Part shown: one piece after another, positions 17,181 through 26,893 of the stretch | Layout of the letters: each line of letters begins with the position of its first letter | How positions within the stretch are numbered: the stretch's first letter is position 1 | Source of the DNA: Oikopleura dioica | Taxonomy: Eukaryota; Animalia; Chordata | Length of the DNA stretch: 64,000 bases | Assembly: GCA_907165135.1 (NCBI GenBank) | Contig: OU015568.1 | Location: forward strand, 10,726,001-10,790,000 | Direction: 5' to 3' | The notes under the pieces: model-generated | The model's database searches: none | Told to the model about the DNA's origin: nothing | The model's input: only the letters and a program-made list of their open reading frames with translations | Translations under genes and position numbers: made by a program

Positions 17181-19347
17181 TTAGTTATCAGGAAGAAGTC
17201 CTTTATCTTTGCAATACTGGTAGGCCTTGCATTTCTTGGCCATTTCGACTGAGGAACACCACATTTTAGGACCAAGAGTGCATTCATCGATGCCAAGAAG
17301 GGGTCGAGAAGTTGGGGCGGCGCAGAGTTGAGCTTTTTCACAAATAAAGTTGGGATCAAGAACACCATCAGCGAATTGAAGGATCTGGGGACCGTAGACG
17401 TCGACAATATCCTGGCATTCCATTTTGAAGGAATCAGGGACAGAGTCGCAGATGTGTTCAAGGGCTTGCTCGATATCTTCCTGATTTCCTTTGTCTTCAA
17501 TGTATGCCTTGACGTAGTCGATGGCGAGCTTGCAGTCTTCGCAGATGCCCATTCCGAGAGCATTTTCGCATCGATCTTCGCACTGCTTGAGAGAGTCGAA
17601 TCTGTTAGTGTTGCCTCCACAGCCTCCGTAGTTGAACTTCTCACATTTGCCAGAGTCAGTGTTGAAGAAGTAGCTTGGGATGAGTGCTCTGCAGAAACCA
17701 GCCAAAGCAGGCTGAGCGCAGGATTCTGGAAGACGCCAGTCAGCCGATTTGTCACAGAGACCAACAGCAGCACAGATGACATTTGGCTTGAGGTTGTCCT
17801 CGACCATTTTGATCATCTGGGGACCGTACATCTCGATGGCAGCTTTGCACTGATCAGCGTAAGCTGGGAGAATGTCGCAAGCTTGCTCTGCGTAGTCCAT
17901 GACTTCACCCTGAAAATCATCTGAACAACTGTTGACATATAAATTAACTAACGTCAGTTTCCTTGTCCTCGAGAGCTTCATCAATCTTGATGACAGCCAA
18001 CTTGCAGATATCACACCCAGTATTGCCAAGGGTAGTCTTTAGTCGAGGTAAACGATTATTCTGACAAAATCCGGCATCTTTGCATGACTGGGTAGGGTTA
18101 GCCATCATAATTTGCTTGTTCACAATTGGAAAAATTTCTTTTGTTATCGATCGGCAAATAAAATCTTCACATATCAAGTCAGAAAAGCCTTTGAAGACTT
18201 CTTTTTGACGACTATTAGGGAGTTGTTGGTAGTCTATCACAATAGTTGCGCATGAAGAGCAAAGGTTGGATTGGTCGGGTGGGGTCGGGTTGGAGGAGGA
18301 AGAGCAGTAAGTAAGGGCGGTGCAGAGTTGGGTTGGTTCGGGTGATGTTAGTTTCTTCCACACGTCAGAGAACTGGTGAAGAGTTATGATGAGTTCTCAA
18401 AAAAGATTATCCGATCAAAAAATTGAAAAATGTGAAACATAACTCTTGTTTGACAGCGAATCGACACAAATTACGCGGTCTCTTAGGCAAAATATCGCAA
18501 ATTTGTAAAGCAGCAGCCTGTGCTTTTTGGTACATTCCCTCTGGATCATTTTTGATCTGATCCAGAGCTAACTGAACAAAGTCTGTGCAGTCGGAGCACA
18601 GATCTTTGTCGTCGTTTACCGCCGCCTTCAAAGTTTTCGAGGGACTTTCCTCTGGAAGAGCACCCAAATCGATGGGCATTGGTGGGAGCTCTGGCTGCTC
18701 AACTTTGACAAAGGTCTAAGAGAAATATAAGTGTTGAGCTGGCGAAAAAAGAGCTTACAGAAGGCATGTCTTCCATGTTCATCTCGATCGCCTTGTAGAA
18801 AGACTCGTCGACATCGGTGGAGCAGATCTATAAGGCCGATTTGACTTTATAAATCGAGAGAAAAACTTACTCGAAGACCAGTGCAGACTGTTTCGGGATC
18901 GACAACATTCTGGATAAAGTCGAAGACCTTGTCGGTCTCTTCGTCGATCATCTTTTTGCAGGCATCTTGCTCGGGGCATTTGAAGCAAGCGTAATCCAAT
19001 ACTTCTTTCACATCAGCTCGTGTTCTAGAAAATGTTATCACTTGCAAAAAAAGAAGTGCTCACTTGTTGTCGGTGAGATACATGTTGACGAGGCCGATTG
19101 CGGTTTTGCAGGACTCGCATGATTCAGTGGGAGCGGTATCTTTATTCCACTAAAAAGACAGTGAGAGCGGTGATCACTCGTTTTGCTCTACCTCATTGTT
19201 GGAACAGTAGGTCACAGCTCCCTTGCCGCAGTTGGAAGCGGCGACAATATCTTGGCACCAATGAGCTGGGCCATATGTGCACTGATTTGCACCAAATCGA
19301 AGTTTTTCCGAGTGGCCGGCGGCCAATAATCCCGCAATGAGTTTCAT
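17181..19347 (-). CDS. PSAP: Prosaposin-like protein (SapA - 5x SapB with inserted Kunitz - SapA)
   Basis: N-terminal GANQCTYGPAHWCQD and C-terminal LLGIDECTLGPKMWC are saposin A-type domains. Five CxxC..C..C..C.....C saposin B units. Kunitz domain at 17568-17720. Confidence 0.85.
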
Positions 19348-19448
19348 CTAAAATTTTAGCCTGTAAAAGTGATAATAATAAAATAATCTTCTAGTAAAAA
19401 ACTTAAAAACAGTGTGAGGAATGTGGTGAAAAATGAAAAGACAGATGG

Positions 19449-21257
19449 CTAGTTTGAGCTTCGGAAGTTATTTTCTACTTCGTAGAGTTTTTTCTTCAGT
19501 GATTTTAGCTGATTCTGAATAGCGCGGGACTTGGCCGCACTCTCCTTGAAGTTCTGTAGGACTTCTATGTCATTCAGGCCGCCGATGCTCATTTTGTAAA
19601 GCTGGCCTTCGAGCTGGTCGCATCTCTCTTTCAATTTTTTTATTTCATTGCGGTAGCCTTCATTTTCTAGCCCTCGTCGCTGCTCAAGAGATGAGAATCG
19701 CTGAATAGGATCGTTAAGATGATTCATTCGTATAAACATACGACATTCAGATGTTCATAAAAAGTTCAAATATTACCTTTGTAGTCAATTCCAGCTTATC
19801 GATAAGTTTGGCAGACTTTGTCTGGTACATATTCTGATCGCGAAGAGCTTGGTCCTTCACTTTTGAAACTTCTTCTTCGGCAGTTATGCACTGTTCTCGA
19901 TACATATCAGATAAATGCACCGCTTGCTCGAGCCGTTCTTTCAGTGCCTCATTTTCTATTTTCAGCTTTTTGACGACTAAAGTCAAGGATGAGAACCAGA
20001 TGCGTCTGATGAATCTTACCGGAAGGATCGATCGCTGGCTTGGAGAGCACGTCGTAGTTTTTGCGCATATGAGCTGGAACAGCAAGGAGTTTATCGTGTC
20101 CACTTGGCTTGTACGTTGGTGATTTTTGATCTTGCTCATCTAAAAAACATAAGGAAACGCATTTAGATGAAATCTTACAGATTCGATCGTGAGCTTTGTC
20201 TAGTTGCTGAAGAAGTTTATCTTTCTCTTGAAGCCATGAACGGTCCTTTTCTCGCTGTGCTTTTCGCGCCTAGAGCCCTTGTAAAACGCTAAATTAAGAT
20301 TCGAAGATTACCTCAAGGAAGTCCTTTGTCGTATCTTTCAGAAGTTCTTGAGTTTTCCTCAACCTTGCTTCTAGCTGCTCCGTTCTATCCGCTTCTCGAG
20401 CTCGATGTGTTTCATGTTCTTCGATCATAATGCGTCTGTCCTCCATCAACTGGCTCGTCTGCTCATTCGAAAGCTTTATGTGCTCCTCTAGCTGCGCTCT
20501 CAGTGCCTCAACTTGGAGCGCAAGAATCTGTTTGTCGTCGCGCAGCCTCTCTTCGCTCGGGCCAGAGTTCTTCTTGCTTATTTTTATCTCGCTTGGTTTG
20601 AACTTTGATGGAGCTCTTACAACACCGTCACCCTTTAGTGTCGGCTTAGGAGGCGGGTTTTCGCGAGGCGTTGAGCAAAGACTACCATCACCAGATTCTT
20701 GGGGGTACTTCATTTCTGCATTATGTTCCTTGATCACCACTAGAAAAGCGATTCGCATGCGAACTTGAAAAAGAAAACTACCTATTCCGGGAGGTTCTTT
20801 ATGAAAATAAGAACATTCTGCAATGCTCGGCCCCGCGATATTCAACAAATGCTGCATTGTTTTTCTATCTTCGAGTTCTCGTATTTTCAGCTTGTCATTT
20901 TCTGCGTGAAGTCTCAAGTTGCTCTCTCGCTCCTTGAGAAGGAAGACTTGTATGTCTGAAAGTGCTTTCTGCAAGTCGTTGATTTCTTTCTCGCGTTGGC
21001 GGATTGTTCGTTCTAGCAGAGCTTCTTGCTGACAGTGTTTTACAAAGTTGTCTAGCTTTCCGGACATTGTATCATATTCGATCTCTAGCACAATTTTAGT
21101 AAAAAAATGAAACAAAGTTTGTACCTAAATCTTCAACTTTATGTCTGTAGAATTCAAGCAATTGTCTTGAAGGTCGAAGAGCAGCAAGTCGCTCTTCTAC
21201 TGTTGGAAGTCCATCGTCTAATTCTAGGGACACTTCTGCTACCGGTTCGATTTCCAT
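19449..21257 (-). CDS. CCDC77: Coiled-coil domain-containing protein 77
   Basis: LPTVEERLAALRPSRQLLEFYRHK; REKEINDLQKALSDIQVFLLKERESNLRLHAENDKLKIRELEDRK; HLSDMYREQCITAEEE; GLENEGYRNEIKKLK. Confidence 0.9.
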
Positions 21258-21354
21258 ACTAAGAGATTGAAATGAAGAATGGTTGTTAATCGATAAATCC
21301 ATGATTCAAGTATTGCAGCTGTGTGAAAGGGTGAAGAGATTGTGAAGAAGCTTG

Positions 21355-22926
21355 TCAGGCTCGGTTCATAATTATGAAACCGGCGAAAACACCAGTGATA
21401 GAGAACATTGATAAATGAGTAGAGAACGTCATTGGGTACGGAGCGGTGATCAAGTAAACCCACGAAATGCCTAAGACCACAGATTAATTCTCTTCTTTTT
21501 TGTAAAGTGCTTACCTAAAATGGCGCCGATAGCTGGGACAAACCAACGAGTAATATCATCAAAGAAGTCCTCCTCGTCCAATTGCGGCGAATGCTGTCCC
21601 GTTCGAGGATGAGCACTCGTTCCTGCATTATTATTGCTTTCTTCAGGACTCGGCTCTGGAGGTAGCGTCTTATAAAAGCCGTGCATTGTGTCTCCATCTT
21701 TAACGCCGATTTTTGACATTTTTGCCTTGTCGTCCTTTAGCGTGTGGGAGAAGGTCCTCTCCTCTTAGGCATAGTAACTGGCTCGAATGGCGGACAAAGT
21801 CCCCGGAGAAGTAGTGCAGTGGTAGCACACCGGTTCATGAACACGGAGGTCCCTGGTTCGACCCCAGGCTTCTTCAATACTTTTCACTCGCCTTTGCCTG
21901 ATCCTACAAACTGGTGAAGACAGTGGGTTGTCTAGGTAGCCAAAACAAACCCTAAGCTGAGATTGACAAAGGTTCACTCAGTAGCTCAGGAGAAGCTGAA
22001 GGTTGGGAGGGTTGGTAGGCTTGTAACGGTTGGGGACCGTGGCACCAGACAAAGAACCAAAACCCAAGGCGGCATATGTAAGACGAGTTGTTAGAGCAGT
22101 TACTAGGGAGTTGTGGGAGAAGGTCCTCTCCTCTTAGGCATAGTAACTGGCTCGAATGGCGGACAAAGTCCCCGGAGAAGTAGTGCAGTGGTAGCACACC
22201 GGTTCATGAACACGGAGGTCCCTGGTTCGACCCCAGGCTTCTTCAATACTTTTCACTCGCCTTTGCCTGATCCTACAAGCGGCATGCCGCCAAAAATGAG
22301 ACAGAGACGTCTACGCTCTGTGGAGTTTTCAATGTTCTTTCCTAAATTATTCCCGCTTTACAGAAACGCCGGTAAATTTATTCATACGTTTGAAATCACC
22401 GAGACTCTGGCTCGGCCGAAATCTGCATTGAATCTCGCTCTCATCTAGAAATCGTATTTTTGTCGTTAGTTCCGGCTCTTCCAGATCTCCTTCATCGAAT
22501 AATTCCTCAGCTACTGACGAGGGCGACCTTTGGTCAGTGCTAGAATTTCCGCCATTTGCCGAGCTGCTTGCTCCCTGAGAAGATGGAGGCGCACTGGAAT
22601 TTCCATCAGAATTAACTCGCCGACGAAGCCCTTCGGGACTTCTTCGCAGTGAGGATGACTGCTCGTTTCTTTGCGCCGATGAAGAGTCGTGCACGATATT
22701 AAATGTTCCGCGACCGGGGATGTTGAATTGGCCCTCTAATTCATCTGGTGTGGACACTACAGAGGATTGGACATGATATTTCATCGGATAAATCGGATAA
22801 TTTACCTTCAGTACTTCTCCAAGCAAAAACAACAACGGCGCAAATTAAGCTGGCAACTATAGCCGGCAAGAATTTCTCACCATACTCTCCATAAAACCCT
22901 TCAAAATTCCCATACAGCGCCTCCAT
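21355..22926 (-). CDS. TMUB1: Transmembrane and ubiquitin-like domain protein (TMUB1/2-like), interrupted by a TRIM in this haplotype
   Basis: N-terminal TM segment ..LICAVVVFAWRST; UBL domain TTKIRFLDESE..PSQSLGDFKR..LCLIFGGMP|LKDDKAKMSKIGVKDGDTMHGF, rejoined after removing the insertion; two C-terminal TM segments. Paralog assignment is uncertain. Confidence 0.8.
21743..21908 (+). repeat. 5' LTR (166 bp)
   Basis: TG...CA termini. Identical by eye to 22112-22277. Confidence 0.95.
21805..21876 (+). ncRNA. tRNA-like Pol III unit in 5' LTR (degenerate anticodon arm)
   Basis: Acceptor GGAGAAG/CTTCTTC, D arm GTGC-AGTGGTA-GCAC and T arm CCTGG-TTCGACC-CCAGG all pair. The anticodon stem CCGGT/CACGG has two mismatches. 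TTTT follows a few nt downstream. Confidence 0.8.
21912..21927 (+). other. Primer-binding site complementary to a tRNA-Leu-type 3' end
   Basis: TGGTGAAGACAGTGGG, 3 nt after the 5' LTR. Its reverse complement CCCACTGTCTTCACCA has a CCA end and the CCCAC T-stem typical of tRNA-Leu. Confidence 0.7.
22112..22277 (+). repeat. 3' LTR (166 bp)
   Basis: Direct repeat of 21743-21908, followed by the AGCG TSD. Confidence 0.95.
22174..22245 (+). ncRNA. tRNA-like Pol III unit in 3' LTR
   Basis: Second copy of 21805-21876. Confidence 0.8.
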
Positions 22927-22989
22927 ACTTTATGTTCTCCTTCAACTTCCAGTCTTCTCACTTCCTCATCCTCTCTAACAGTAGCACTA

Positions 22990-23200
22990 GAAAATTGGTG
23001 ATCCTAAAAGTTTGTGTCGAAAAAGCGAAAAAACTGGAGCGAAAGAAAATACGCGCGGCCAATACGGACGCGGATCGAACCAAATTCAACACTCGCCGCT
23101 ATCAGCCAATCAGAGCGCGCGATTCAAACGCTCCGACGATTTTTCTCAGACGTTGAGACATACAGTTTTCGAAAGTTTTTGTTCATACGACTTGATTATC
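22990..23200. promoter_or_regulatory. Putative bidirectional promoter (TMUB / COPZ1)
   Basis: Divergent gene starts. CCAAT at about 23059, CCAATCAG at 23106-23113, and CG-rich GCGCGC tracts. Confidence 0.55.
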
Positions 23201-23205
23201 AGAGG

Positions 23206-23910
23206 ATGACCGTCGATCCGAGCTTGTATACTGTTGGTAAATGATAAACTGAAAATCGAAGGGGAGAATTTATCATTTAAATTAAGGCGGAGTCATTATT
23301 CTCGATAACGATGGGAAACGGCTGCTGGGAAAATACTTTGGCGATGAATTTCCGACTCTAAAAGAGCAGAAGGTACGGCACTCAGTTTTTCCAAAAGATA
23401 ACATATTCCTTCCAGCCGTTTGAGAAGAAGATCTTCGAGAAGACGAGAAAGCGCGATGACGAGATCGTTCTTTTGGATGGACAGACGATTTGCTATAAGA
23501 CCAATGTCGATCTACTCTTCTACGTCATCGGCAGCCAGGACGAGAATGAGCTTCTTCTATCTGCGTGCGTTTCAAATTTACTGTTCTTCTAATTTAGTTT
23601 TGTTTTAGTGTTTTGAATTGCGTTTACGATTCGATCTCGTTAATCCTGCGAAAAAACGTTGAGAAACGAGCGCTTTACCATCACCTGGAAAACGTATTTC
23701 TTGCGATTGACGAGATCATCGACCAAGGAATCATCATGGAAATTGACCCCAACAATGTTTACAACCGATTAGGTAAGAAGCAATCGAGAAAATCGAAATT
23801 CATCACCGCTTTTAGCCATTCGATCTGAAGACATTCCACTTTCGGAGACAAATCTCTCCCAGTTCCTCGAACGAGCCAAAGAAGAAGTCAAATGGAGCTT
23901 CTTCAAATAA
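23206..23910 (+). CDS. COPZ1: Coatomer subunit zeta
   Basis: [15 protein letters not shown]; [46 protein letters not shown]; EVKWSFFK*. Confidence 0.95.
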
Positions 23911-24112
23911 TTCCTCTCTCACAGTCGTCAACACCACCTCCTCCCCTCCAACCAGGAGAATATGTAATAAGATTATTGAAATACCTTTTCTTACTTCAAA
24001 AATTCGCTACATCTTCAGTGCAATCACTCACCAATTTCAATTAGGAATAAATTTTCAAGATAAAACCCAGAAGAATCGATTCATCCTGGATTTACAGTGA
24101 TCTGTGTTCAGA

Positions 24113-25072
24113 ATGAAAGTATCCGCTTGTCGTGCTTCTTTTAGCAAAATTCTCAAAGAGGCGCAGAAAGTTGTTGTCATTACTGGCGCTGGCGTTTCCG
24201 CTGAAAGTAATATTCCTACATTCAGGAGAGTTCTAGCTTTTCTCTTCAATTGGATTTCTTTCTTTTTCGGAACTGTGAAACAGGGGTGCCGGTGGGTATT
24301 GGAGACGATACGAAGCCACGTCCCTAGCGACTCCAGGAGCATTTCGATCAGATCCTTCTCTTGTTTGGGAATTTTATCACTATCGACGAGAGCTCGTGCG
24401 AAAATGCTTTCCTAATAATGGCCACAAGGCTTTAGCACTTCTCGAGCAGAAACTGGAGGGAGAAAATAAGGCTCGTTATTTATTTTTTCGAAAACCAAAC
24501 AATCGATTCAGGACTTTTTTCTCATTACGACAAACATCGATGGCCTTCACCAGCGAGCAGGGAACAAAAATGTTCTAGAGCTTCACGGAGCTTTGTATAA
24601 CGTGAAATGCACCGCTTGTAATTACAAAGGAATCAACAACGATTCTCCGATCGTCCCGGCGCTGGAGGGGAAGGGGCTTCCAGATCCAAAGCAGGCTCCA
24701 GCAAGAATTCCTGTCAAGGACTTGCCCGCCTGCCCAGAGTGTGGTGGATTGTTGAGGCCAGATATTGTCTGGTTTGGGGAAAATCTCGACCACGGTGCTA
24801 TAAAAAAGGCTTCGCAAAAGGCAGAAGAAGCTGATTTAGTACTGATCGTGGGTACTACTTCTGTAGTTTATCCAGGTGAAACAGAAAAGACAACGAGCTT
24901 TACAAATTTATAAGCTGCGATGATTGCACCGAACGCGGCGAACAGAGGTGTTCCAGTGGCCGAATTCAATATCGATTATTCAAACCACACGTCCGACTTC
25001 CAGTTCCACTTTCAGGGACCTTCTGGAACGACTCTGCCCAAAATGCTCGGTTTCGAGCATTTACTTGAATAA
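24113..25072 (+). CDS. SIRT5: Sirtuin 5 (class III deacylase)
   Basis: [24 protein letters not shown]; WEFYHYRRE (Tyr/Arg acidic-acyl pocket); ELHG; CTAC..CPECG; [10 protein letters not shown]; [11 protein letters not shown]. Requires one GA-AG and one GC-AG intron. Confidence 0.92.
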
Positions 25073-25630
25073 TTCACTTTGATAATGTTTTTCTAAAGCT
25101 TCTGTGCCTGAAAACAGTTGTTGTTCAATAAAAGGACAAAATTCTTAGAATTCGTGAAAATTCTCTAGAACTGATGTTGTTGTGAGGGCTTATTTTCCTC
25201 ACAGGGTCAGTCTTCGGATTTTTCCGAGTCCGGCGCCGCAAAAATAGTCCGTAAGTACTTTATTTATCCTGCAATTACAAAAGTAACCGTAATTTTTAAG
25301 TCCACGAGGAAAATCTCTAACAAAGATTCTGAAAAAGAGGACCTACATTGAAAACTTAGGGACATCCCTAAGTTTTTGAAGAATCAAGTGGACAAGAAGT
25401 CTATCCACGGCCTTCCCTTCCAACAGGGAGCATCGAACTGAACATTCTCTGAAAATACAGTCGCAACTTTCAAAACCTATTTCTAAAACAAAAGCCTACT
25501 ATAACTACCAGTAATTTATTGGTAGGCTTTTGTTCTTGTGTCTTTTATTTCGTTTATTGCAGGATCTCGCATATAGCAGGAAACTAGCTTAGTTTATGAA
25601 TTTAGAAGTGTTCATTTATTTACAATCAAA

Positions 25631-26893
25631 TTATATAGAAACTACCCTTTTCTTTGGATCAATTTCCGGTAGTTCATTCAGTAAAAGCTCTTCCGGAGTC
25701 ATTCTGATGTCATACAGCAAGTCAACAGTTACATTCACAAAACAGTGGTTAACTTCCTTCGCAACAACATTGTATTCCAAACTATTTAGTCCATCAAGCT
25801 GCCAAAATCGTTTTTCAATGAGCGCCTTGAAATTCCAGCGATTAACCATTGGCCGACGCTCAAGATTTTTGCGATTTCCAGAGTCGCGCTTGTGTTCTAT
25901 CATTTTGTAGCGAGCGAACTCTGGCGGTTTTCGGTGTATTTTGAAGTTTTCGCCCATAACGACTCGGCGGTACATGTCGTCGTCTTCACCTCCCCAGCCC
26001 CAGAATTCATTGCTAGAATGATAAGTTGAGGAGAAAAGATTCAGTTTGTACCTGAATCCATTGACAGCTTTGAACATTTTTCTATCCAACTGCACAATTC
26101 CACCAAATATCTTCTTATAGGGAATTCTATACCTAAACTTATCAATCGCTACCGAATAATGATTGGGATTTCCATCGCAAGAATAAAGGCATCTGTCATC
26201 TTCCAAAACAAGATCAACATCGTGAAAGACGAAACAGTCCATCGTTGGGTCGTCTTTTATAGCCTCTTTGTATCCAACATTGAGAAGTTTTGCGCGATTG
26301 AATGGTGAACCAGAGATTTGATTTATGATGTAGAAGCGAAAATGTAACTGTTGGCGTTTGAGTACTGAAGTATTCTTGAATCTTGAAACCCATCGAAATA
26401 GAATACCTGATATCATGTGTTCCAATAAATATTGCAAATGCCTCGTTCTAATCAATGCCTTGGTTTCATCCCTGAATGGAATAATAATCGCCACTCTTGA
26501 ATTTTTCGGCGGCGTGCACGTTTTTGGCTCAAACAGGCCAGTTTCATCGGGACCCTCGCGTTTGGCAATTTCTTCGAATGAGAGGGGAAGGTGATTGAAA
26601 GAAATGTTTAGCTTTCCTTGATATTCGATATGTTCGTCGAGGCAGAATTCAGCTGATTCAAGCGCGGTTGAAGTTGTATTGAAAACGTCTCCTGGCATCG
26701 TTGTTGTTTCGACTTGAGAAGGCGATGCTGCATATTGTCTTTCTGCTTTAGTCTTAGATGGGCAATAAGCTGAATTTAATGAAGTCGCGATTTTCTTTAT
26801 CTGGTAGTAATTCAGCGCAAGAAGAACGAAAACACCAAGGCACCGATGTCCATTAAGAAATTTGCAAATAGCTTCTATAATATTCTTTATCAT
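25631..26893 (-). CDS. Beta-1,4-galactosyltransferase-like (GT7)
   Basis: Type II TM anchor; RVAIIIPFRD; FNRAKLLNVGY; CFVFHDVDL; NEFWGWGGEDDD. Two in-frame introns lie inside the listed ORF. Confidence 0.9.
   Translation of the reverse strand: MIKNIIEAICKFLNGHRCLGVFVLLALNYYQIKKIATSLNSAYCPSKTKAERQYAASPSQVETTTMPGDVFNTTSTALESAEFCLDEHIEYQGKLNISFNHLPLSFEEIAKREGPDETGLFEPKTCTPPKNSRVAIIIPFRDETKALIRTRHLQYLLEHMISGILFRWVSRFKNTSVLKRQQLHFRFYIINQISGSPFNRAKLLNVGYKEAIKDDPTMDCFVFHDVDLVLEDDRCLYSCDGNPNHYSVAIDKFRYRIPYKKIFGGIVQLDRKMFKAVNGFRYKLNLFSSTYHSSNEFWGWGGEDDDMYRRVVMGENFKIHRKPPEFARYKMIEHKRDSGNRKNLERRPMVNRWNFKALIEKRFWQLDGLNSLEYNVVAKEVNHCFVNVTVDLLYDIRMTPEELLLNELPEIDPKKRVVSI

Larger units (their letters stand above)
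21743..22277 (+). mobile_element. Non-autonomous LTR retrotransposon (TRIM) with tRNA-like sequence in its LTRs (Helenus-type)
   Basis: 166 bp direct repeats at 21743-21908 and 22112-22277, TGTGGGA...TCCTACA ends. AGCG TSD at 21739-21742 and 22278-22281. PBS after the 5' LTR and short purine tract AGGGAG before the 3' LTR. 203 bp non-coding interior. Confidence 0.93.
16576..22926 (-). other. Putative trans-spliced operon TMUB - CCDC77 - PSAP - small mitochondrial protein
   Basis: Stop-to-ATG spacers of about 100, 100 and 260 bp, with a YAG acceptor just before each downstream ATG. Confidence 0.5.

Noticed and set aside
21805-21876. Genuine tRNA-Met or tRNA-His gene pair
   Set aside because: The anticodon stem has two mismatches and the loop register is abnormal. 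Both copies lie inside LTRs with a TSD.
21952-22197. ORF with hydrophobic LGFWFFVW that could pass as the TMUB C-terminus
   Set aside because: It is the antisense of the TRIM interior. The real TMUB TM exons are at 21355-21720.
22113-22448. 111 aa plus-strand ORF
   Set aside because: Chance frame across the 3' LTR and the antisense of TMUB.
25200-25440. Apparent spliced fragment after SIRT5 (GTAAGT donor near 25252)
   Set aside because: No convincing start or frame. It could be UTR or non-coding.
25487-25534. 13 bp inverted repeat hairpin
   Set aside because: Too short for a pre-miRNA, with no TSD or second copy in the window.
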